DNA of 64,000 bases from Ilumatobacteraceae bacterium (lineage in GTDB: Bacteria; Actinomycetota; Acidimicrobiia; Acidimicrobiales; Ilumatobacteraceae). The DNA lies in assembly GCA_009694465.1 (NCBI GenBank), contig SHUW01000001.1, positions 3,723 through 67,722 of the forward strand. Direction: 5' to 3'. A program made the translations under genes and the position numbers. Each line of letters begins with the position of its first letter. The first letter of the stretch is position 1. Below, piece by piece: positions 29,314-37,881 of this stretch. The notes under the pieces were generated by a model. It did not search any database. It saw only the letters and a list, made by a program, of their open reading frames with translations, and was not told where the DNA came from.

Positions 29314-32142
29314 TCATCGCTCGGAAGTATTGCTGCGTTCGATAGCCCGATCATCGGTCCCCAAATAACTGGCGATCACGGCCGAGTTGCTGCGAATTGA
29401 CATTGGGTCACCCTCGGCGATCACTTGGCCCGCTTCAAGGCAATAGATTCGATCTGAAATCGCCATAACCATTGGCATGTCATGTTCAATGATCAAAATC
29501 GCGGCCCCGAGATCCTTCTGGATCATGCGAATGAGTGGGCCAAAGGCTTCGGTTTCGCGCTGTGCGACTCCTGCTGTTGGTTCGTCAAGAAGCATCAATT
29601 TAGAGTCCAAGGCGATCAATGAACCAAGTTCAACAATGCGTCGCGTGCCAGTGGATAATTCGCCCATCAGTGAATCGGCATAACGACCGAGTCCTAGATA
29701 CGTAATGATTTCCTCGGACTCACGCCGCTTACGACCCTCAGCGCGAGGTGATGGTGGCAGGCCTAATAACGATGGAACAAGTAACGAACGTTGTCGCGAT
29801 TCAAGAGCCACCATTAATGTTTCGCGAACAGTCAGCGAACTGAAAAGTTTGGCATTCTGGAATGCACGCCCTTGACCAAGGCGGGCACGCTGATGGGCGG
29901 ACATTGAAGAAACATCTTGACCAAATAGTTCAATCACTCCCGAAGACGGCAGGAAACCGGAGAGAGCGTTGACAATCGTTGTCTTGCCAGCACCATTTGT
30001 TCCAATCAGACCCACAACTTCACCAACACCCACTGTGAGCGTGACATCATTAACGATGACTCGTCCACCCAAAATAACGCTCAAGCCATTCGCTCTGAGG
30101 GGCACATTCGTTGCATGCGTAGGTTTTGCCGAGGAGCCCAAGGAAGCAACCTCTGCACCTTCTTGACGAACAGGTGGCTTCCATCCATTTCGACGAGCAA
30201 TACCAGACAATAAGTTGTCACGCACCGAGTGCACGATAGAAATCAAACCACTAGGGAAATACAGCAACACAATGAGCATGCCGAATCCACTGGCGAACAA
30301 CTCCACTTGCTTCGTGCCGTCGAAAACCATTGGCACAGCGATGATCAGCAAGGTTCCAAGAACGGCACCAGTGATTGAACCAATGCCACCGACAACGGCA
30401 ACCGCCACGATTCGTAGCGACTCGTCAAAGTCAAACAGTAATCCATCGACTTTAAATTGAGCGTTGCGCGCTACCAAAGGCAGTAGTCCACCAGCGAGAG
30501 CGGCTAGTCCACCGGACACTGCGAATGCCAACAATTTGGCACGAGCCGGAGCCACCGTGTAGGCCGCTGCCGCCAACTCGTTGTCACGGGTCGCAATGAT
30601 TGAGCGCCCGATTCCAGTGCGGCGGATTCGCCACACAACCAAGATCGCCAAAACGGCAATGAACAAGCAGAAGTAATAGATGCCGTCGAAGTCCTTGCCC
30701 TGAACGGTCCAAAACAATAAGCGGAAGCCCTTCATACGATCAACATTGAGTTGCGCCGAACCTCCGCCACCCGGAGCGAATCTTTCAGCGACAATGAACC
30801 ATGAGCGAATCGCTAAACCGAAACCAAGCGTGACAACAGCGAGATATAAACCCTTCACTCGTAAGGCTGGGATGCCCACGATGACTGCGGCCAGCACACC
30901 CCAGGCGACACCGATTGGCAAGGCCACGAGATATGGCAATGAATTGGCGTAGTAAATCGTCAGGTACGAACCGAGGGCCACAAAACCAAATTGACCTAAT
31001 GACAATTGCCCGCCCCAACCCGTCACCACAGTCACGGACAACGCAATGATCAAATACACAGGAACTGCTGCAAACTTCAGTATCTCACTCGGCTTGTCAA
31101 CCTGACTGGGCACCACGAGAGCAATCGCCGCCAGTAATAGGAAGCCAAATAGCGTCAATGATCGGTACAGCGGATGACGTGTCAACTCCACACGGGCAGA
31201 GCGAACTTTTGAAGTGAGTTGCCATGACTCATCACGCATTGATTCCGAACGACCGAGAGTAAACAAAACCGCCACGAGAATCACAAATAACGTAGCGATA
31301 TTGGCACCTTTGGGAAGGTCGCCTCCCAAAGACCATGTGACAAGCATTCGGTCAACGACACCAGCCAAAAGTCCACCAACGAGAGTCCAGCCGAATGATT
31401 TCATCCGCCCGACCATGGCAGCGATGAGCGATAACAACAACAACTTTGGCCCTAATGCATTTTGTACTGAGGCCAGCGATCCGCCTTGAAGCGGAGCGAT
31501 GAGAAGCGCGCTAAGTGCTGCTAGAAGTCCGCCAAGAGCCCACACTTTCGTGGAAACAGAACGCACACCGATGCCTGCCAATCGAGCCGCAGGAAAGTTG
31601 TCTGCGGTAGCTCGTACCTGCATCCCAAAATGGCTGCGATGGAAAAGCCAACCGAGAAAAAGCATCAACACTGGCACCACTAACAACACGGTCAGTTGTG
31701 GTCCAGTCAGCGTGAGTCCAGCAATCTCCCAACTCCCGCCGATGAGGACTGGAAAAGTCACGCTTGTTGCTTGTTCGTCGGGAATCGGTAAGCGCAATTG
31801 CAACAACTGCACAACTTGAGTCAGACCTAAGGTGGCAACGAATAACAACAGTCGTGGTTGAGTGAATAGTCGGCGTAAAACAAGTTCAGCAGCGACTCCG
31901 AGAACCACACCACAGATCAATGCAAGAGGCAATGACAAACCGTAAGAAACGTTGTAACGGATCTGCAGTACAGCCATGACATATCCGCCGAAGGCACCGA
32001 TTTGTCCTTGAGCGAAGTTGATCACTCCAGTTGCTCGATAGATCAACAACAATCCGAAAGCCACGAGGGCATACACCAAACCTTGAATCAAACCATCAAG
32101 CAGAATGTCTCCAGAAAATGTCAGGGCGATCATTGAACTCAC
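29314..32142 (-). CDS. Triple-fusion branched-chain-type ABC component: LivH-like permease + LivM-like permease + LivG-like ATPase
   Basis: aa 1-~290 are LivH-like (GLVYALVAFGLLLIYRATGVINFAQG). aa ~330-~650 are LivM-like (GWGGQLSLGQFGFVALGSY). The C-terminal NBD carries GTNGAGKTT, LSTGTRR and LLDEPTAG. Confidence 0.85.
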   Translation of the reverse strand: MSSMIALTFSGDILLDGLIQGLVYALVAFGLLLIYRATGVINFAQGQIGAFGGYVMAVLQIRYNVSYGLSLPLALICGVVLGVAAELVLRRLFTQPRLLLFVATLGLTQVVQLLQLRLPIPDEQATSVTFPVLIGGSWEIAGLTLTGPQLTVLLVVPVLMLFLGWLFHRSHFGMQVRATADNFPAARLAGIGVRSVSTKVWALGGLLAALSALLIAPLQGGSLASVQNALGPKLLLLSLIAAMVGRMKSFGWTLVGGLLAGVVDRMLVTWSLGGDLPKGANIATLFVILVAVLFTLGRSESMRDESWQLTSKVRSARVELTRHPLYRSLTLFGFLLLAAIALVVPSQVDKPSEILKFAAVPVYLIIALSVTVVTGWGGQLSLGQFGFVALGSYLTIYYANSLPYLVALPIGVAWGVLAAVIVGIPALRVKGLYLAVVTLGFGLAIRSWFIVAERFAPGGGGSAQLNVDRMKGFRLLFWTVQGKDFDGIYYFCLFIAVLAILVVWRIRRTGIGRSIIATRDNELAAAAYTVAPARAKLLAFAVSGGLAALAGGLLPLVARNAQFKVDGLLFDFDESLRIVAVAVVGGIGSITGAVLGTLLIIAVPMVFDGTKQVELFASGFGMLIVLLYFPSGLISIVHSVRDNLLSGIARRNGWKPPVRQEGAEVASLGSSAKPTHATNVPLRANGLSVILGGRVIVNDVTLTVGVGEVVGLIGTNGAGKTTIVNALSGFLPSSGVIELFGQDVSSMSAHQRARLGQGRAFQNAKLFSSLTVRETLMVALESRQRSLLVPSLLGLPPSPRAEGRKRRESEEIITYLGLGRYADSLMGELSTGTRRIVELGSLIALDSKLMLLDEPTAGVAQRETEAFGPLIRMIQKDLGAAILIIEHDMPMVMAISDRIYCLEAGQVIAEGDPMSIRSNSAVIASYLGTDDRAIERSNTSER

Positions 32143-34394
32143 GCGCCCTCTCCTGACAAGAAAACGGCACGCAGTAGGTCATCGCGCTCGAGTAAGTCTT
32201 TCGCTGGACCTTCAAACATGACCTGTCCGCGTTCCATGAATACCGCCCGATCGGCTATGGCCATTGCCACATTGAGGGACTGTTCAACAATGATCATGGT
32301 GATCCCCTGATCTTTCAGTCTCTCCACGATCTTCAAGATGTCTTGCACAACAACGGGTGCGAGTCCGAGCGATAATTCGTCAATGCACAATAACTGCGGC
32401 TCAAGCATGACCGCTTTAGCGAGAGCAAGCATTTGTTGTTGTCCACCCGACAGCGAACCTGCGCGTTGATCGCGGCGTTCATCAAGCATCGAGAAAGTTC
32501 CGTAAACAAGAGCCAATTTCTCTTGGCGCTGTGCTGAATCAGGTATCTGGCGACTCCACAAGGCCAAGTTTTCTGCCACAGTCATTGAACTAAAGACAGC
32601 CTCACCACCGGCAATATGGACCATGCCCATTTGCGCGCGATATTGAGGTTCGACCAAAGTGATCGTCCGACCATTCATCCGTACGACGCCACGGTCGGGC
32701 ATCACCAAACCAGAAATCGCGCGCAGGATTGTGGACTTACCCGCCCCATTGGTTCCCAGTAGTGCCAGTACTTCGCCGCGGCGAACATCAAAACCAACGT
32801 CAAAGAGAACCTGCAGATTTCCATAACTGACATCGATATTGCGAACCTGAAGCATCGGAACATTGTCAGGGTCGCCAGCAATGCGTGCTAACTCAACTTG
32901 TTGCTCGCGCAATTCGCTCCTTGTCAGCGCAATATCGCGATTCATATAGCGACTTCCGTAGATAATCAATAATCCGCCGAGAAGAGCTGCTGGGGGCACG
33001 ATCGCAGTCAATGCAGTGCGCTCTCCGTGAGCATCCGATAGCGCCCCAGCGAAAAGTCCACCGAAGAAACCGCCCATCAAAAAGATGTATACCCCGACCA
33101 TCGCAAAAGCTTGAGAACGCATTTGGTACGGGATGATTGCAGAAATTGATGGTCCCACCTGGGTAAATGCGGCTCCTTGAAAAGCAAAACCGATGGTTGT
33201 TAAAGCGATCATTACTGCGGGACTGTGAAAACGCAATCCAACAGTGACAAAAACTCCATAGAGCACAATGCATGCACCCATCATCCGTAGAGCCGATGAG
33301 GGGTTCTTACGAAATAGTTTTTCCCCAATACGGCCAGCTATTGGTATCGCAATGAGAGCCCCCGACCAAGTAATCGCTCCAATCCAACCGCGCTTGCCGG
33401 CGTTATAGCCATAACTGTCTTCAAGTAAAAGATTGAATGCTCCAGGAACTGCAATCAAAGCGAAACCAAGAACGCCGATACCCACAACTAGAAAATAAAA
33501 AGTCCGAACTTTTTTCAATCGTTGAAAGGCCGCTGACAAAAGTACTGGCGGCTCAGATTGCGCGATAACGGCTGTCTCGCCTAAAAGCGCAATTTGTTCT
33601 TGTTGACCGCGACTCGGTTCTTTGAGCGATAGCGACCACAAAATGGTGAGTCCCGCAGGAATAAGAAGCGCCAGAAAAACAACTCTCCAGTCACCGGCGT
33701 CATCGCCCGCAGCGACAACGACGGCACCTGCAAATAGTGGACCGAGAACTTGTCCTAAGGGCCGACCTAAAGCCTCAATGGCGAAGACGCGAGTGCGCAC
33801 GCCGAGGGGATATTGGTCAGCTACCAAGGAAGGAGCAATGGGCACGCGCGCCGAAGCACCCAGACCAGAGCCGGCGCGCGCCAAACCCATCTGAAATGTA
33901 TTGACCACTACCCCGGTCAAGCCGGCGAAAGCCATCCATAAGGCACCAGCGGCGCTGAGCACCCGCACCCTGCTTCGCCGATCGGCCAACCACGCAAAAG
34001 GAAGGGTCGCCAGAACAAGAACCACGCCGCCAAAACTCTGCAACCCTAAAAGCACAGTGTCTGAGACACCGAGTGAGGCCTGGATATCGGGACCAAGCAC
34101 CTGCATTGCCACTCGATCAAACTCTTCAAAGACCGTAAATAGCAACAACACCGTGGCGATGCTCCAACCCCCACTGCGCAAACCATGACGTAAGGTCATC
34201 ATCTCCCCTGGAGATGATGCGTCGACATCTGAAGTGTCTTGGGAATCAGAAAGTCGCTGTTCAAGAAGGTTTTCCTGGGCGGTGACGATCGAACTGGCCA
34301 ACGCCGCGGGCGACACATGAGTGTTCGCTGTTGATTCAGTTTCTTGCACAATCGCCCCGCTTTCCCGCCAAACCTTAGCCGCCGCGCCCGGCAT
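32139..34394 (-). CDS. Fusion protein: MFS-type 12-TM domain + LivF-like ABC ATPase
   Basis: The N-terminal ~500 aa are hydrophobic with the MFS loop motif WLADRRSRVRV. The C-terminal NBD carries GTNGAGKST, LSGGQQQM and CIDELSLGLAP. The start could instead be the internal ATG at 34202. Confidence 0.8.
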   Translation of the reverse strand: MPGAAAKVWRESGAIVQETESTANTHVSPAALASSIVTAQENLLEQRLSDSQDTSDVDASSPGEMMTLRHGLRSGGWSIATVLLLFTVFEEFDRVAMQVLGPDIQASLGVSDTVLLGLQSFGGVVLVLATLPFAWLADRRSRVRVLSAAGALWMAFAGLTGVVVNTFQMGLARAGSGLGASARVPIAPSLVADQYPLGVRTRVFAIEALGRPLGQVLGPLFAGAVVVAAGDDAGDWRVVFLALLIPAGLTILWSLSLKEPSRGQQEQIALLGETAVIAQSEPPVLLSAAFQRLKKVRTFYFLVVGIGVLGFALIAVPGAFNLLLEDSYGYNAGKRGWIGAITWSGALIAIPIAGRIGEKLFRKNPSSALRMMGACIVLYGVFVTVGLRFHSPAVMIALTTIGFAFQGAAFTQVGPSISAIIPYQMRSQAFAMVGVYIFLMGGFFGGLFAGALSDAHGERTALTAIVPPAALLGGLLIIYGSRYMNRDIALTRSELREQQVELARIAGDPDNVPMLQVRNIDVSYGNLQVLFDVGFDVRRGEVLALLGTNGAGKSTILRAISGLVMPDRGVVRMNGRTITLVEPQYRAQMGMVHIAGGEAVFSSMTVAENLALWSRQIPDSAQRQEKLALVYGTFSMLDERRDQRAGSLSGGQQQMLALAKAVMLEPQLLCIDELSLGLAPVVVQDILKIVERLKDQGITMIIVEQSLNVAMAIADRAVFMERGQVMFEGPAKDLLERDDLLRAVFLSGEGA

Positions 34395-34415
34395 TTCTGA
34401 TGGTCAATCAGAAGT
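34393..34415. promoter_or_regulatory. Candidate operator, copy 2 (ATTTCTGAT-GGTCA-ATCAGAAGT)
   Basis: Abuts copy 3 in the divergent gap between the MFS-LivF gene and the SBP gene. Confidence 0.6.
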
Positions 34416-34436
34416 TTCTGACGGACCGTCAGAAAC
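34414..34436. promoter_or_regulatory. Candidate operator, copy 3 (GTTTCTGAC-GGACC-GTCAGAAAC)
   Basis: Perfect 11+1+11 palindrome. The arms are identical to those of copy 6 at 43868. Confidence 0.7.
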
Positions 34437-34512
34437 TCCGTCATTTTCTGCTAGTTTCTTTTTGTCGTCACCAAAAGGTCCGATGTTTAACCGAACTCCA
34501 AGGGGGAGCATT

Positions 34513-35961
34513 ATGAAGAAATCCCGTTTTATACTCGCAGTCCTTGCCAGCTCCGCGCTCATAGTGGCGGCATGCGGTGGCAGTGATGGCGGAACAACAG
34601 AAACCGAAGCGCCTTCAACAGAAGCGCCGTCAACCGATGCTCCTGTCACTGAGGAGCGGACTGCATCAGATATCGGTGTCACTGCTGACACCATCAAAAT
34701 CGGTGTCGCAATCTCTGACCTTGAGGCCATTCGTGCCATGGGAATTTCGATTCCCGAAACTTTGACGACAAAGCATTTATTTGATCGTTGGGATGTCTTC
34801 GTACAAAAGTGGAACGCTGCTGGCGGAATTAACGGTCGCATGATTGAGCTTTTCCAATTGGTATGGAATCCGCTTGACCCGAGCACCTTTGACACCCTGT
34901 GCGCTGCTGCAACAGTTGACAACGAGTTGTTCATGGTCATCAACGGAACAGGTCTCTCGTCCGTTGCTCGCAAATGTCTGTTAGATGCTGGTATGCCGAT
35001 CATGTACGGCGACGTGATGTCACTCAGCGAACTCGAAACGGGACTAGCTATTTCCCTTGCTGCTCCAGCCGAAGTCATCGGCAGCGCAGGAGTCAATGCT
35101 TGGATTGGAAGCCCAGAGGCTGTTGCTGGTTCAACCGTTGGTATTCTCTCCAACAACTCCCCAGCAGTTCAAGCCGCCGGCAAAGCCGCTGAGCAAACAT
35201 TGATTGATGCTGGCTTCACAGTTGAACTCATTGAAATGAACTCAACTGGTGGCGATTCAGCCGCAATCAATGAAGAAGGCGCCGCTGCCGTAGGTGTTTT
35301 CCAAGCTAAGGGTGCGACTCGCGTCTTTGTGGCTTCACCGTTCACGGAAAACACTGGCTTTTGGACAGCCGCAGCCAGCGCTGGTCTTACTTTCTCCTTG
35401 CTGGACACAAGTTCATCGGGCTGTTCGGCATTTGGTCTGAGCCGTGCGCCTGCAGCGGCTGTTGGCAGTGAGTGCATCACCACCTACGACCATATGACGG
35501 ACGGCGAGACAATTCGTCCCGACACTGCATTTGAAGCCGAGTGCCGTACGTTCTTTGACGAAAGTTTTGAAGCGTACTTTGGCAATAAGTCGTACCCTGG
35601 CGTACCAGCAGGTCAAATCCTCACGGACACCGCTGGCAAAGTCGTGAGTTCGGATTATGCCCCTCAAGAATGCGCCTTAGCTAATATTTTGAATCTTGGT
35701 CTGACGGCTGCTGGAGTTAACCCAACTCGAGCTTCAACGCTGGCAGCGATTCTCAACTTGAGCGAAGTCCCACTCGCTGTTCTTGCTGGAGGATCTGGCG
35801 GGTTTGCGCCAGGCAAGGCCTACGCCTCGAATGCCGTGCATACCGTGATCGTCACTGCAGCAACCGTTGACACGCCTGCTGATGCCAACGGTTTATACAA
35901 CGGCTGTGCTGCTCCAGTGAACTGTGGAGTAGTCATCAGTGATTGGGTGCCAATCAGTTAG
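34513..35961 (+). CDS. LivJ/Peripla_BP_6-like ABC substrate-binding lipoprotein (large, 482 aa)
   Basis: Start at the ATG at 34513, after AGGGGGAG. Lipobox LIVAACGGSDG. A Thr/Glu/Ala/Pro linker precedes a type I periplasmic binding fold pattern. Confidence 0.85.
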   Translation: MKKSRFILAVLASSALIVAACGGSDGGTTETEAPSTEAPSTDAPVTEERTASDIGVTADTIKIGVAISDLEAIRAMGISIPETLTTKHLFDRWDVFVQKWNAAGGINGRMIELFQLVWNPLDPSTFDTLCAAATVDNELFMVINGTGLSSVARKCLLDAGMPIMYGDVMSLSELETGLAISLAAPAEVIGSAGVNAWIGSPEAVAGSTVGILSNNSPAVQAAGKAAEQTLIDAGFTVELIEMNSTGGDSAAINEEGAAAVGVFQAKGATRVFVASPFTENTGFWTAAASAGLTFSLLDTSSSGCSAFGLSRAPAAAVGSECITTYDHMTDGETIRPDTAFEAECRTFFDESFEAYFGNKSYPGVPAGQILTDTAGKVVSSDYAPQECALANILNLGLTAAGVNPTRASTLAAILNLSEVPLAVLAGGSGGFAPGKAYASNAVHTVIVTAATVDTPADANGLYNGCAAPVNCGVVISDWVPIS

Positions 35962-35987
35962 TTAAAAGTTTGAATACACATTCAGCG

Positions 35988-36016
35988 AAAGGGCCGCCCG
36001 CGAGGGCGGCCCTTTT
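35988..36016. terminator. Bidirectional intrinsic terminator
   Basis: AAA-GGGCCGCCC-GCGA-GGGCGGCCC-TTTT between the convergent genes ending at 35961 (+) and 36038 (-). Confidence 0.75.
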
Positions 36017-36037
36017 ACATCTATATTCATTGATCAA

Positions 36038-37759
36038 TTAGCGAGCAGTCACGGTGTAAGTATCGATACCCGACTTCAATACCGTGCCTGGAACTGCGCC
36101 ATTCGCAACACCGTTCTCGACAATGGTGACTCCGTTCACGAGGACCCGCTTCACTCCCATTGAGCCAGCGCTGAGACGCGATGAATCACCAGGTAAGTCA
36201 GTCACTAACTTGGCCTGCTCTGAATCAATTTCATCTGCATCAAAAATAACAATGTCACCATGAGCACCAACTAGTAATTCGCCACGATCCACGAGCCCGA
36301 ATAATTTGGCTGGCTGTGAGGTCATCATCTGCACGGCATATTCAACCGATACCAATTTGCGACCGCGAATACAATCCGCCAACCAACGCGTCGGGTACGG
36401 CGCGCCACACATTCGGTCAAGGTGCGCTCCAGCATCCGATCCACCGATCAAGGCTCGTCCGTCTTGCCAAAGTTCGGCACGCATGCGCCACGACTCAGCA
36501 TCGTCATCTTGGGGTTGGGGCCACAAAATTGTTTGCAGATCATCGGCGATCACAATGTCCAACAGAGTCCCAAAGGAACTCTTGGATCGTTCTTGGGCTA
36601 TCTCGCGAACTGTACGACCCTTGAGACCTTCGTTCGCCGCCGAATACGTATCGCCGATGATGTAATCCCCCCAGTCGGCGAGACGCCGAAAGACTCCAGC
36701 GGCCTGCGACAAACTGTTTTCCAGAAGGAAGACGCGAGTGTCTGGATCCTTGAGAGTTTCGATGCGTTGCGCCAACGGCACACCCAGTATTTTTTGCCAA
36801 CCCGGCAATAGCCAGAGTCCACAAAAGTTCAAGAAACTCATATTCATGGGGACTTGAACTGGCATCGTCAGAGCGATGACGCGTCCGCCAAGTTCAATTG
36901 AACGGTCATAGGCCGATATTTGCCGTGCCACCCGATCTGGTTCACGTGAATCAACCGTGAGAACATTCCAGTTCATCGGACGATTGGCGACGGCGCTCAT
37001 TTTGCCGAGCAGTTCAATCTCGTCATCAGCGAATCGATCTAAACAGCCGGGCACGATGCCCTCAAGGGTTGTCCCCTCATGCAAACTCACTTCTTCGCAT
37101 AATGCCAAAAGTTCATCATGAGTTGCCCAACGGCTAGCCACGGGTTCGCCATCACCATCACTGTGTGAGGTGCTGTTTGTAAATGAAAAGCCGAGAGCGC
37201 CAGCCTTGATTGACTTAGCCAATTCGGTGCGCATCGCCACGATAGTTTCAGCCGACGCTTCTTCACCAACGGCGGCTGGACCCATGACATAGCGTCGAAT
37301 TGCGCAGTGTCCGACAAGAAAACCAGCGTTCACGGAAATATTTCCTTCAAGCCGGCCGAGATATTCGGCGAATGATTCCCATGACCAATCAGTTCCGTTT
37401 TCGAGAGCGGCCAAAGGCATACCTTCGACTTTGGACATCATCTTGCGTAAGTAGTCCCCGTCTCCTGGCAACAGCGGGGCAAGCGTAAACCCACAGTTGC
37501 CACCAACGATTGTCGTCACTCCGTGAACACTTGATGGACTGGCCGTTGGATCCCACAAAAGTTGGGCATCGTAATGGGTGTGTGGGTCGATGAAACCTGG
37601 CGTCACCATCATTCCCGTGGCGTCAATGACTTCCACCCCAGTCTCATCGACCACACCAACGGCGACAATCCGCCCGTCCTTAATTGCAATATCTGCTTGA
37701 CGACTGGGCGCGCCAGTTCCGTCAATAACAATCCCACCACGAATCACGATGTCGAACAT
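36038..37759 (-). CDS. N-acyl-D-amino-acid deacylase (D-aminoacylase)-family amidohydrolase
   Basis: Start at the ATG at 37759 (MFDIVIRGGIVIDGTG). PGFIDPHTHYD metal motif. Length 573 aa. Confidence 0.8.
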   Translation of the reverse strand: MFDIVIRGGIVIDGTGAPSRQADIAIKDGRIVAVGVVDETGVEVIDATGMMVTPGFIDPHTHYDAQLLWDPTASPSSVHGVTTIVGGNCGFTLAPLLPGDGDYLRKMMSKVEGMPLAALENGTDWSWESFAEYLGRLEGNISVNAGFLVGHCAIRRYVMGPAAVGEEASAETIVAMRTELAKSIKAGALGFSFTNSTSHSDGDGEPVASRWATHDELLALCEEVSLHEGTTLEGIVPGCLDRFADDEIELLGKMSAVANRPMNWNVLTVDSREPDRVARQISAYDRSIELGGRVIALTMPVQVPMNMSFLNFCGLWLLPGWQKILGVPLAQRIETLKDPDTRVFLLENSLSQAAGVFRRLADWGDYIIGDTYSAANEGLKGRTVREIAQERSKSSFGTLLDIVIADDLQTILWPQPQDDDAESWRMRAELWQDGRALIGGSDAGAHLDRMCGAPYPTRWLADCIRGRKLVSVEYAVQMMTSQPAKLFGLVDRGELLVGAHGDIVIFDADEIDSEQAKLVTDLPGDSSRLSAGSMGVKRVLVNGVTIVENGVANGAVPGTVLKSGIDTYTVTAR

Positions 37760-37821
37760 CTTGTGCCTACTTCTTTCAGAGTTTGAGTTACCCCAGAGTC
37801 CCATTTAATCTTCTTGGGATG

Positions 37822-37844
37822 GAATCTGACGATGCGTCAGATTG
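37822..37844. promoter_or_regulatory. Candidate operator, copy 4 (GAATCTGAC-GATGC-GTCAGATTG)
   Basis: AATCTGACG-ATG-CGTCAGATT is a perfect 9+3+9 palindrome. It lies in the divergent gap between the starts at 37759 and 37882. Confidence 0.6.
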
Positions 37845-37881
37845 TAGCCTTAGCATCGCATTCGCACGAGGAGAAAACCAC

